DNA of 35,603 nucleotides from the NCBI GenBank assembly GCA_014859615.1, contig JACUTX010000002.1, positions 1 to 35,603 on the forward strand, written 5' to 3'. The notes below the pieces were generated by a model that had not been told where the DNA came from, searched no databases, and saw only the letters and a list, made by a program, of their open reading frames with translations. Shown in pieces: positions 1-8,326 of this stretch. The stretch comes from Desulfuromonadales bacterium (GTDB lineage Bacteria; Desulfobacterota; Desulfuromonadia; Desulfuromonadales; UBA2294). The number at the start of each line of letters is the position of its first letter. Within the stretch, counting starts at the first letter, position 1. The position numbers and the translations under genes were made by a program.

Positions 1-257
1 GCCTATCCATTCGGCCCATCGGCAGGGGTGGTTATATTGCAGCTGAAGTCAAAATTTCCATATAAAATGTCTGTCATCCCCGAATGTGTTAATCGGAGAT
101 CCAGAATTTAAATTTTTAAGATCTGGATTCCCGATCATAATCGCCTCGGGAATGACCCTATGCCTTTGCCTCACTCTGCGTACCCTGCGTCGTCTGCGAG
201 AGACGCCTTGCCATCGGTATCTGGGGATATATTGTAACCGCAGGCAAAATTTTGCAC

Positions 258-291
258 AAAAAAAGGGGGACTGAATCAAATTCAGCCCCCC
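258..291 (-). terminator. Rho-independent terminator downstream of nrdJ
   Basis: On the minus strand there is a GC-rich hairpin (GGGGGCTGAA / TTCAGTCCCCC, one bulged base, 4-nt loop). It is followed directly by a run of 7 T (plus-strand A7 at 258-264). It lies about 30 nt past the nrdJ stop codon (325-327). Confidence 0.7.
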
Positions 292-324
292 TTGGGTACG
301 TCTAAATCGCGATGTAAACGGTTG

Positions 325-2559
325 TTATGCGCACTCCGAATAACCGCAGGCGTGGCAGACACAGCAGCCCCCTTCGTGCTCGACCGGGCCGCCACATTCA
401 GGGCAGGCACCGCTGTCGGTGATATGGACGTAATCTTCTTCGTGGTCAGCCATATGCATCTGGATCGCTTTGGCGACCGCATCCGAGCAGGAGGTGACGC
501 GGTTATTGCCGAATCCGGCCGGTTTGTGGCAGGTGATGCCGATCATCTGCTTGACCGTCTGCCGGGCCTGTACGCCGCTGCGCCAGGCCAGAGAGACGAG
601 TCGGCCGATCGCTTCGCACTGACTGGAAGCACAGCCGCCGGCTTTCCCCATGGTGGTAAAGAGTTCGAAGACACCACGTTCGTCTTCATTGATGGTGATA
701 TAGAGCGGGCCGCAGCCGGTCTCCATCTGGTAGGTCGATCCCTTCAACGCCCGCGGCCGTTCGCGCTTGCGCCGCCCCTTGCCGGACTCAAACGGAACCG
801 CATCTTCAGGCTTCACTTCGGCTTTGCCGACCGAGAGGACCTGCATGTCGCGACTGCCGTCGCGGTAGATGGTGACCCCTTTGCAGCCGCTGGTGTAAGC
901 GAGGCGGTAGACGGTTTCGACGTCGTCGCGGGTGGCGCTCTTGGTGAAGTTGACGGTTTTGGAGACGGCGTTGTCGGTGTACTTCTGAAATGCCGCCTGC
1001 ATCTTGATGTGCTCTTCGGGCGAGATGTCGTGCGCGGTCAAAAAGACGTTGCGGACATCCTCGGGGATCTCCATGATGCCGTGCAGGGTGCCGTGCTCGG
1101 CTATTTTCTCCATGAGCTCTTTGGAGTAAAAGCCGCGTTCTTTGGCGATTTTTTCAAACATCGGGTTGACTTCGATCAGTTTGTCTTTGTCGAGAACCTG
1201 GCGAATATAGGAGACCGCGAAGAGCGGTTCGACACCGCTGGAGCAGTTGGCAATAATCGAGATGGTGCCGGTCGGGGCGATGGTGGTGCTGGTCGCATTC
1301 CGGATCTTTTTGCCCCCTTTGACGTCGAAGATACTCCCTTTAAAGTTCGGAAAAGCGCCGCGTTCTTCTGCCAGCAGGGCGGAGTAGTTGCGGGAGGTAT
1401 CGGTAATGAACTTCATCACTTTTTCCCCGACTTCGACCGCTTTATCACTTCCGTAGCCGATGCCGAGCATAATCAGCAGATCAGCCCACCCCATGACGCC
1501 GAGCCCGATCTTGCGATTGGAGCGGGTCATTGCATCGATCTCTTTGAGTGGGTAGTTGTTCACTTCGATAACATTGTCGAGGAAGCGGGTGGCGAGTTCA
1601 ACCGTCTTCTTCAACTTCTCCCAGTCGATCTCTCTCCCTTTCACCATCCTGTTCAGATTGATCGACCCGAGATTGCACGACTCATAGGGGAGCAACGGCT
1701 GTTCACCGCACGGATTGGTACTTTCGAACTCACCGATATTCGGAGTCGGGTTGTCACGATTGAGGCGGTCGAGAAAGACGATCCCCGGTTCGCCGTTCGA
1801 CCAGGCCATGTCGACAATATGTTCGAATACCTTGCGGGCTGCCATCGATTTGACCTTGCTGCCGTCGCGCGGGCTGATGATGTCGTACTCGCTGTCATTT
1901 TCCACCGCTTCCATAAACCCTTCGGTGATACCGACGGAGATGTTGAAATTGGTCAGCACCGTCTGATCGCGTTTGCACATGATAAAGTCCATGATATCGG
2001 GGTGGTCGACACGCAAAATCCCCATATTGGCGCCACGCCGTGTCCCTCCCTGCTTGATCGTCTCGGTGGCGGCATCAAAGACCGACATGAAAGAGAGCGG
2101 GCCGGACGAGACGCCGCTGGTCGATTTGACGATGTCGTTAGCCGGACGGATGCGGGAGAATGAGAAACCTGTGCCGCCGCCGCTCTTATGAATCAGCGCC
2201 GTGTTCTTGATCGCTTCAAAAATGCTCTCCATCGAATCGCCGACCGGCAGGACAAAACAGGCTGAGAGTTGTCCAAGCTCCCGTCCGGCATTCATCAGGG
2301 TCGGTGAGTTTGGGAGAAACTCAAGCTCGGTCATCATTCGATAAAATTCTTTAGAGAGCTTTTTGCTGTCTTGTCCGGTTTGAAGTTTCTCCTCGGCCGA
2401 GGCGATGGCATCGGCGACGCGCTGAAACATCTCTGCCACGGTTTCGAGCGGTTTTCCGTCTTTATCCCGCTTCAGATAACGGCGCTCAAGAACGGTGATG
2501 GCATTGTCGGTTAGTGGCAGTTGTTCCATCTTGATTTTACTGATCGTTTTGCTGGTCAT
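325..2559 (-). CDS. nrdJ: Adenosylcobalamin-dependent (class II) ribonucleotide reductase
   Basis: Long ORF whose translation has RNR hallmarks: LERRYL near the N-terminus, the active-site loop STNPCGEQPL, and a C-terminal Cys-rich tail (CPECGGPVEHEGGCCVCHACGYSEC). The ORF track starts at 2589. I prefer ATG 2559 (MTSKTISK...) because GGGGGAG lies 5 nt upstream of it. Confidence 0.95.
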   Translation of the reverse strand: MTSKTISKIKMEQLPLTDNAITVLERRYLKRDKDGKPLETVAEMFQRVADAIASAEEKLQTGQDSKKLSKEFYRMMTELEFLPNSPTLMNAGRELGQLSACFVLPVGDSMESIFEAIKNTALIHKSGGGTGFSFSRIRPANDIVKSTSGVSSGPLSFMSVFDAATETIKQGGTRRGANMGILRVDHPDIMDFIMCKRDQTVLTNFNISVGITEGFMEAVENDSEYDIISPRDGSKVKSMAARKVFEHIVDMAWSNGEPGIVFLDRLNRDNPTPNIGEFESTNPCGEQPLLPYESCNLGSINLNRMVKGREIDWEKLKKTVELATRFLDNVIEVNNYPLKEIDAMTRSNRKIGLGVMGWADLLIMLGIGYGSDKAVEVGEKVMKFITDTSRNYSALLAEERGAFPNFKGSIFDVKGGKKIRNATSTTIAPTGTISIIANCSSGVEPLFAVSYIRQVLDKDKLIEVNPMFEKIAKERGFYSKELMEKIAEHGTLHGIMEIPEDVRNVFLTAHDISPEEHIKMQAAFQKYTDNAVSKTVNFTKSATRDDVETVYRLAYTSGCKGVTIYRDGSRDMQVLSVGKAEVKPEDAVPFESGKGRRKRERPRALKGSTYQMETGCGPLYITINEDERGVFELFTTMGKAGGCASSQCEAIGRLVSLAWRSGVQARQTVKQMIGITCHKPAGFGNNRVTSCSDAVAKAIQMHMADHEEDYVHITDSGACPECGGPVEHEGGCCVCHACGYSECA

Positions 2560-2666
2560 GTTCTCCCCCAAAAAGAGAATGCTGTTCAATATGCTGGAAT
2601 AATTACAGAAACGTCCGGGTTAAGATTTGCAAGGGATACTTTTGTCTACAGTTAAGCTTAATGGAT

Positions 2667-2712
2667 ACACTATCTAGTGTTGTGTGCAAAGTTAAACCAC
2701 AATATGTCGTGT
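2667..2712 (-). promoter_or_regulatory. Tandem NrdR boxes (operator of nrdJ)
   Basis: Two palindromes match the NrdR-box pattern acaCwAtATaTwGtgt. They are ACACTATCTAGTGT (2667-2680) and CCACAATATGTCGTGT (2697-2712). The centres are 31 bp apart (three helical turns), about 110-150 nt upstream of the nrdJ start. Confidence 0.6.
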
Positions 2713-2719
2713 CCGTCAA
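2690..2719 (-). promoter_or_regulatory. Candidate sigma-70 promoter of nrdJ, overlapped by the NrdR boxes
   Basis: Minus strand reads TTGACG (2719-2714), an 18-nt spacer, then TTAACT (2695-2690). NrdR box 2 fills the spacer and box 1 lies just downstream. The -10 is weak, so this is tentative. Confidence 0.3.
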
Positions 2720-2857
2720 GAGGGAGAAATGTAATTTTTTTTAGTTCTGTCATTTCAGTCGGTTAGCGCTGCAGAGTTGCATTTCATCGATTTATAACCG
2801 ATTTCTTTAATTCATAACATGCTGAAAACAGCTGTAAATTTCTTTACATCGTTTGTG

Positions 2858-2885
2858 TTGACATGTTATGAGAATGAAATAATTA
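2858..2885 (+). promoter_or_regulatory. Candidate sigma-70 promoter for the GGDEF/sigma-54 activator pair
   Basis: TTGACA (2858-2863), 16-nt spacer, TAATTA (2880-2885). It lies in the AT-rich divergent intergenic region about 110 nt upstream of ATG 2993. Confidence 0.3.
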
Positions 2886-2992
2886 AGCTTTAGTGTTTCT
2901 TTCCTGTTGTTTTCTGTCGTCCGTCACATTTCCAGTCTCCTATCGGACGATCATATTATTATCTGCTTTATCTATCAGGAATTTCTTTTGTT

Positions 2993-4060
2993 ATGGCTGA
3001 AGCCGTTTTGGATGAACAGACTCGCATAGCCGATGAACTGCGTGAAATGAGGGAGATCCTTTCTGTCGCGCAGGTTGTTGTGTCGTCGCTCGATCTTGAT
3101 GAAGTTCTGCATGTCATCCTCTGCGGTGCCATGGCAATCATGGAGACCCCTGCCGGCAGTATTGCGCTTTATGACGAATCTGTCTCCAGCGTTCATCTAC
3201 GTGTTCATGCCGGGCTGAGTGATGAATTTGCCACCAAAAACCGTTGGTTGGTTAAAGAGGGCGGCCTGACTCATCATATCCTTGAACAGGGGGGGCTGTT
3301 CGTCGTTGAAGATACCGATAAAGCTGAATTTTTTAAAAATCCAATTGCAATTGGTGAAGGGATCCGTTCCCTGATTGCGGTGCCGCTCAAAATTCAGGAT
3401 AAAATTGTCGGGATACTTTATGTCGATGACTTCAAGCCGAGACGGTTTCAGGAACATCGCCTCAGAGCTTTAAATATTCTGGCTTCTTTTGCTTCCATGA
3501 GCATCAACAATGCTCAACTCTATGCAGAGACGCAAAAGCTCGCTTGTACTGACGGTTTAACCGGTATCTACAACCATCGGCAGTTCAAGCAGATGTTATT
3601 TGAGGAGTTGTCGCGAGCCAAACGCTACAATAAAAAGATGGCGGTGATTATGCTCGATATCGATAATTTCAAACTGTTTAATGACAGTTATGGTCATCCG
3701 GCCGGGGACAAAGTCCTCGCCGCTCTCGGATGTCTTTTGAAGAAAACCTTGCGTGACTCTGATTTTGCCTTTCGTTACGGAGGGGAAGAGTTCATGGCTA
3801 TTTTGCCGGAGACCGGCATTACATCGGCGGTGGCTGCTGCCAACCGGATCGCAGCTGCGATCCGGGAAAACTCACACCATTTTCTAGCCGAGATTACACC
3901 GGATCAGAAGATAACGGTCAGTATCGGCGTTGTGGTCTATCCCCGCGATGGAGCGGATGAAGTCTCCCTGTTGCACGTCGTTGATGACATGCTCTATAAA
4001 GCGAAAGCCTCCGGTAAGGATCGCGTCTGCTTTCGAAAAAAGTTGTCTGATGCCGAGTGA
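2993..4060 (+). CDS. GAF domain-containing diguanylate cyclase (GGDEF)
   Basis: The N-terminal half is GAF-like (IAVPLKIQDKIVGILYVDD). The C-terminal half is a GGDEF domain with the active-site motif FRYGGEEF and an RxxD I-site (RDSD) exactly 5 residues upstream of it. Confidence 0.9.
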   Translation: MAEAVLDEQTRIADELREMREILSVAQVVVSSLDLDEVLHVILCGAMAIMETPAGSIALYDESVSSVHLRVHAGLSDEFATKNRWLVKEGGLTHHILEQGGLFVVEDTDKAEFFKNPIAIGEGIRSLIAVPLKIQDKIVGILYVDDFKPRRFQEHRLRALNILASFASMSINNAQLYAETQKLACTDGLTGIYNHRQFKQMLFEELSRAKRYNKKMAVIMLDIDNFKLFNDSYGHPAGDKVLAALGCLLKKTLRDSDFAFRYGGEEFMAILPETGITSAVAAANRIAAAIRENSHHFLAEITPDQKITVSIGVVVYPRDGADEVSLLHVVDDMLYKAKASGKDRVCFRKKLSDAE

Positions 4061-5411
4061 AAAGATTCTTATTATCGATGATGAAGAGGGGATGCGTAAG
4101 CTGCTTGCCCGGGTTCTCATCAAATATGGCTACGAGACGGTCACTTCAGGAAGTGGTGATGAGGCACTCTCCCTTATCGAAAACGATACCTTTGATCTTA
4201 TCATCACTGATATCAACATGCCGGGGATGGATGGACTGCAACTTTTAAGAGAGGTTAAGTCGTTCGATCCGGCTCTGCCGATCATTGTTATGACCGCTTA
4301 TGGCACCGTTGAAAGCGCCGTTCAGGCTTTGCGCTCCGGTGCTTACGATTATATTACCAAACCGTTTGAAACCGATGAAATCCGTCTTGCCGTCTCCAGG
4401 GTATTTGAACGCGAGCGGCTTCTGGCCGAAAATCGCTATCTGCATGAACAACTCGATAGCCGTTATAAATTCAGCGGTATCTCCGGAAAATCGCCGGCAA
4501 TGGAACGGGTTTTTGATATGACCTCTTCTGTCGCCGCATCGAACGCCAACGTTCTGATTACCGGAGAGAGCGGGACAGGTAAAGAGCTGGTTGCGCGATC
4601 GATTCACAGCAGTTCACCCCGTCGGGACAAACCGTTCATTATCCTGAACTGCGCCGCCGTGCCGGAAAATCTTCTGGAGAGTGAGCTGTTCGGTCATGAA
4701 AAAGGGGCGTTTACCGGAGCGACCACCAGTAAAAAAGGGCGGTTTGAACTTGCCGATTCCGGCACTTTGTTTATCGATGAAGTCGGCGAAATGAGCATGA
4801 CGGCACAGGTGAAGCTGCTGCGTGTGCTTCAGGAGCAGGAGTTTGAACGGGTCGGGGGGACACGAACGATTCGCTGCGATGTCCGTCTGGTCGCCGCGAC
4901 AAACCGGAATCTGGAGGAGGCCGTCGGAGACGGTCAGTTTCGTGAAGACCTTTATTATCGCCTGAATGTTGTCAATATTCATATGCCCCGATTGCGTGAA
5001 AGACGGGAGGACATTGAGTCTTTAGCCCGTCATTTTATTGCAAAATACGCCGCAGACACCGGGAAGAAAATTGATGATATCTCTCCCCGCGCCCTCAGCT
5101 GTCTGCTCGCTTATGAATGGCCCGGCAATGTGCGGGAATTACAGAACGTTATTGAGCGAGCTGTGGTTCTGGCCAAGGGAGTGATTCTGACGCCGCTCGA
5201 TTTTCCCCAGACCCTGCAGGATGATTCGAGTATTTGTGTTGCGGTTCCGGGGCAAGATGGCAATCTAACCGAAATACTTGAGGATTTTGAGCGTCAATTG
5301 ATTATTCAGACTCTGCGTCGTCATGCAGAATCACAGACGAAAACAGCGGCTGTGCTCGGGATCAAACGAACGACGTTGCGTTATAAAATGCAGAAATATG
5401 GTCTGGTCTGA
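4050..5411 (+). CDS. Sigma-54-dependent response regulator (NtrC family: receiver, AAA+, Fis-type HTH)
   Basis: Receiver domain ([15 protein letters not shown] ... [14 protein letters not shown]). AAA+ sigma-54 interaction domain with Walker A GESGTGKE and the GAFTGA loop. C-terminal HTH ([21 protein letters not shown]). The track ORF starts at 3930 inside the upstream gene. In-frame ATG 4050 ([11 protein letters not shown]) fits the receiver N-terminus and overlaps the GGDEF stop by 11 nt. Confidence 0.92.
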   Translation: MPSEKILIIDDEEGMRKLLARVLIKYGYETVTSGSGDEALSLIENDTFDLIITDINMPGMDGLQLLREVKSFDPALPIIVMTAYGTVESAVQALRSGAYDYITKPFETDEIRLAVSRVFERERLLAENRYLHEQLDSRYKFSGISGKSPAMERVFDMTSSVAASNANVLITGESGTGKELVARSIHSSSPRRDKPFIILNCAAVPENLLESELFGHEKGAFTGATTSKKGRFELADSGTLFIDEVGEMSMTAQVKLLRVLQEQEFERVGGTRTIRCDVRLVAATNRNLEEAVGDGQFREDLYYRLNVVNIHMPRLRERREDIESLARHFIAKYAADTGKKIDDISPRALSCLLAYEWPGNVRELQNVIERAVVLAKGVILTPLDFPQTLQDDSSICVAVPGQDGNLTEILEDFERQLIIQTLRRHAESQTKTAAVLGIKRTTLRYKMQKYGLV

Positions 5412-5505
5412 TCTTCGATTGACAGAAAGTCGTCATTTTTGCCGTGGTTGCGTCTTCTCCTGGCCGCAATGACGGCTTTTTCGTGAAATTTTTTCTGTTT
5501 TGAAC

Positions 5506-5521
5506 TGGTATGTAATTTGCT
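5506..5521 (+). promoter_or_regulatory. Sigma-54 (-24/-12) promoter
   Basis: TGGTATGTAATTTGCT matches TGGCAC-N5-TTGCW, with the invariant GG and GC separated by exactly 10 nt. It lies 85 nt upstream of ATG 5606 and directly downstream of a sigma-54 activator gene. Confidence 0.6.
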
Positions 5522-5605
5522 CTACTCTGCATACACGAGGATCTCTCTTTTATTGTCAGAGAATAACTTTGTCTGCCAAAGTATTGTCTGTTTTTCGGAA
5601 ATAAC

Positions 5606-6676
5606 ATGCATCGTCGCTTACTCACTGTTTTTTTCTCCCTGCTGCTGGTTACTGTTTTTGGTTTTGCTGTTTTTAAAGCCGAAAGCAATATACCGGTCGA
5701 TCGACTCTATGCTCTGCACCTCAGCCAGGCGCCGACCGATAGCGAATGGGCGAGAGCTCTGCCGCGGCTGATCGAGACGCGAGGAGGAAAGAAGAACGAG
5801 CGTTCACGTCTGGGTGATATCGATGCGGATACCGTTCACACCTCGACCGCTTCCTGCCATCACGGCTCTTCCCTCCCTGATCCGATCATTGTTGACATGC
5901 GGGCTTTTTATACGGATCAGGAGCTGTTTCTTCGCCTTGAGTGGCGTGATGCGACAAAAGACGATGCGATGAATCAGTGGACTTTTGACGGCACGGTCTG
6001 GTCCTCAGCTGCGTCTTTTGAGGATGGATTTGGTCTGATGTGGGACGCGCGCGGATCCTTCCCCCGTTTCAACTGTTCTTATGCTTGTCATATCAGCGAT
6101 TTCGGTGTTTCGGCCGATAACTTTCATGCCCGCAACAAGATGAAGATGGCCCGCCCTGACACGACTCTCGATCTCTGGAACTGGAAAGCGGGACGAACCG
6201 GACAGCTCGGCTTTGTTGATGATCGTCTGATTGATGAAAAGGGGATCCGCGGCGACCTTCCCGGTGAGCTGTTTCGTCCCAACTCTCTCTATTTTAACGC
6301 CGGTTCTAGTCGACAACCTTTTACACAAGGGGATGCGCCGCTCATCGACGCTGCCGGTGATTCTATTGAAGCGGTTTTTCGCATGGCCGGTTCAACCGTC
6401 CCCGGCTATCTGACCGACCGACCGGTCGGCAGCCGGGCTGATATTTCCGCTTTTTCCCGGCATGAAGAGGGGCGTTGGATCGTGGTTTTAAGCCGTAAAC
6501 TCAACACGGGCGATCCGAAAGATGTTGTTTTCCTGCCTGGAGATGAATCAGGTGTCGCATTTGGTCTGTCTCTTATGGATAATACCCTGATTGAGCATTT
6601 TGCCTCAGGGAGTGAGGAACGGCTGGTGTTGATGCCGCGTGATATTACTGTTGTACAGGGAGAAGAATATAAATGA
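5606..6676 (+). CDS. Exported EB_dh-like (ethylbenzene dehydrogenase gamma / cytochrome c-552-DMSO reductase-like) heme-binding domain protein
   Basis: N-terminal signal or anchor (MHRRLLTVFFSLLLVTVFGFAVF). Segments typical of the EB_dh/DOMON-like heme domain as I recall it: MRAFYTDQELFLRLEWRDATKDD and LDLWNWKAGRTGQLGFVDD. The functional call comes from motif recollection, not from a search. Confidence 0.65.
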   Translation: MHRRLLTVFFSLLLVTVFGFAVFKAESNIPVDRLYALHLSQAPTDSEWARALPRLIETRGGKKNERSRLGDIDADTVHTSTASCHHGSSLPDPIIVDMRAFYTDQELFLRLEWRDATKDDAMNQWTFDGTVWSSAASFEDGFGLMWDARGSFPRFNCSYACHISDFGVSADNFHARNKMKMARPDTTLDLWNWKAGRTGQLGFVDDRLIDEKGIRGDLPGELFRPNSLYFNAGSSRQPFTQGDAPLIDAAGDSIEAVFRMAGSTVPGYLTDRPVGSRADISAFSRHEEGRWIVVLSRKLNTGDPKDVVFLPGDESGVAFGLSLMDNTLIEHFASGSEERLVLMPRDITVVQGEEYK

Positions 6677-7416
6677 TACGAATGCGTCTGTTGTTGCTCT
6701 GTCTTCTGGTTTTCGGGTTATTGCCGGGGTGTACTGAACCATCGAACGATTCCGTTTCGGTGGAGCTCGGTCATATCAGCGGGACAATTCTTACCCCCCT
6801 AGAAGGGACGACCCTTAATGTTTACAAAAAAGGGATGGATCTGTATGGTCCGCCTTTCACCTCTTCCAATCTGACCGGAGAAGACGGGAGTTTCGATCTC
6901 GCATTGCCTCCGGGTGAATATATCGCCGTCGCTCGCAAACGCAAAAACGGGGAGCTCTCCGGTCCGGTTCTGGCCGGAGATAACCGGAGTGACTTCATCA
7001 CCTTGACCGTTAATGGCGATCAGCAGGGTCTGTCGATCATTGCTCCGTTCAAGGTCGGTGACAGCCGTCGCCTGACTGCGGAGGTTGCACAGACGCAGAC
7101 GGGACTTTCAGGCCTTATTCTCGATAGTGACGGTCGTCCTGTCGAAGGGGCGAGGGTTCATGTTTATGATCATGTGCAGATGTCTGAGCGGCCGAAATTT
7201 GTTTCGGAAAAGACGGCACCAAACGGAAGTTATCTGATCTATCTCCCCAAAGGGGGGACCTATTATCTTGCGGCCCGCGACAAATTTGGCGGACCGCCCA
7301 AACTCGGTGATCTTTACGGTCGTTACGATCAGGGGACGATTGAACCGTCCGCAGTGGTGATCGAGGATGGGAAAATTCTGCAAAATATCGATATCACCGT
7401 AACCAAGGTCTGGTAA
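6673..7416 (+). CDS. Lipoprotein with carboxypeptidase-regulatory-like beta-sandwich repeats
   Basis: Lipobox LLPGC. Two repeats of the CarboxypepD_reg type (ISGTILTPLEGTTLNVY and LSGLILDSDGRPVEGARVHVY). ATGA overlap with the upstream gene. Confidence 0.65.
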   Translation: MIRMRLLLLCLLVFGLLPGCTEPSNDSVSVELGHISGTILTPLEGTTLNVYKKGMDLYGPPFTSSNLTGEDGSFDLALPPGEYIAVARKRKNGELSGPVLAGDNRSDFITLTVNGDQQGLSIIAPFKVGDSRRLTAEVAQTQTGLSGLILDSDGRPVEGARVHVYDHVQMSERPKFVSEKTAPNGSYLIYLPKGGTYYLAARDKFGGPPKLGDLYGRYDQGTIEPSAVVIEDGKILQNIDITVTKVW

Positions 7417-8315
7417 TGAAGCGACTATTGACTCTTCTGCTCCTGAGTCTGTTGATCTCAGCCTGCCAGAATCAGAGAACTCTCGATCTGGATACTCTGG
7501 CCAGACAGGCCCGTGGCGGTGATGTCTCGGCAGGGCGGGAATTGGTTCGGCTTTTCGCCACGGCGACGCCCGAAGTCAATGACCGGCTTTATCGGATTGT
7601 TATTGAATCGGGGGATGCTGTTATCGAACCTCTGCTCGAAAATATCAAATCCCGACATCCTGAGCAGATGGAGAGGGTGATCGCTGCCCTCGGTACACTT
7701 AAGGTCGTTCGGGCTGTTCCGACGATTGCAGAGGTGTTGGCTGATACAGCTTACAAGCGCCGTTATGTTGCTGCCTGGGCGCTTGGTGAAATAGGGGCCC
7801 CGGATGGAATACCGGCGCTGATCAGGGCGCTGGATGACGATGTTATGCAGGTCAGACGTTATGCCACACGTTCCCTTGTCAAATTTAATCAGGGAGCAGT
7901 CGATCCGCTGATTGCAGCACTCGATACTTCGTCCGAACGCTCTACTGCCGCGATCATTCGCGCTCTTGGTGATATCGGCGATAAACGTTCACTCGATCCG
8001 TTGCTCAGGCACGTCTCTGGCCCGGTTCGCAATGAGGCGTTTCTGGCCCTTGGCAAGCTGCGTGATTCGCGTGCCGAGCAGGCGCTGATTCAAGGGTTGT
8101 CCGATACAGAGTGGCAGGTTCGCATGAACGCGGCGATGGCCCTCGGGTCGCTCGGCACCTCCCTGTCGGCAGCGCCTTTACGGCTCAGTCTTGAGGACGA
8201 GGTGATGGTTGTCCGTGAATGGTCAGCCCGTTCGTTGTCGACGATTACCGGTCATGCCGTCAATTACAGAGATGCGTCCGGCGAGATGGTCGCTCCTTAT
8301 ACGGTCTATCATTAA
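7416..8315 (+). CDS. HEAT-repeat (PBS lyase-like) lipoprotein
   Basis: Lipobox LLISAC. Repeated units of the form VRxxAAxALGxIGxxxAIPALIxALxD (for example VAAWALGEIGAPDGIPALIRALDDDVMQVRRYATRSL). TAATG overlap with the upstream gene. Confidence 0.8.
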   Translation: MKRLLTLLLLSLLISACQNQRTLDLDTLARQARGGDVSAGRELVRLFATATPEVNDRLYRIVIESGDAVIEPLLENIKSRHPEQMERVIAALGTLKVVRAVPTIAEVLADTAYKRRYVAAWALGEIGAPDGIPALIRALDDDVMQVRRYATRSLVKFNQGAVDPLIAALDTSSERSTAAIIRALGDIGDKRSLDPLLRHVSGPVRNEAFLALGKLRDSRAEQALIQGLSDTEWQVRMNAAMALGSLGTSLSAAPLRLSLEDEVMVVREWSARSLSTITGHAVNYRDASGEMVAPYTVYH

Positions 8316-8326
8316 GGCTGGAAACT

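Noticed and set aside
49-279. Overlapping 76-aa (minus) and 62-aa (plus) ORFs at the window start
   Set aside because: Both cover the palindromic element and the nrdJ terminator, are Arg/Cys-rich and have no ribosome-binding site. They are more likely non-coding.
292-2163. 623-aa plus-strand ORF antisense to nrdJ
   Set aside because: It lies in the codon-aligned antisense frame of nrdJ. In that frame stops can only arise opposite sense TTA, CTA or TCA codons, which a GC3-biased gene avoids. The translation is low-complexity (Gly/Ala/Asp/Arg-rich) with no recognisable domain, whereas the minus-strand product is an unmistakable RNR.
2560-2700. Possible cobalamin riboswitch in the nrdJ leader
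   Set aside because: The leader is only about 120 nt and I see no B12-box-like GCCACTG core. B12 riboswitches normally control B12-independent isozymes or transport, not the B12-dependent enzyme. The NrdR boxes explain the conserved-looking palindromes.
3930-4049. N-terminal extensions offered by the ORF track: 3930 for the sigma-54 regulator, 8219 for the polyferredoxin, 11048 for the second beta-helix protein, 13585 for YedE, 20911 for DUF2062, 22279 for the PPIase
   Set aside because: Each extension runs deep into the preceding, well-supported gene in another frame. Internal starts give native-looking N-termini (receiver domain or signal peptides) and the short ATGA-type overlaps typical of this locus.
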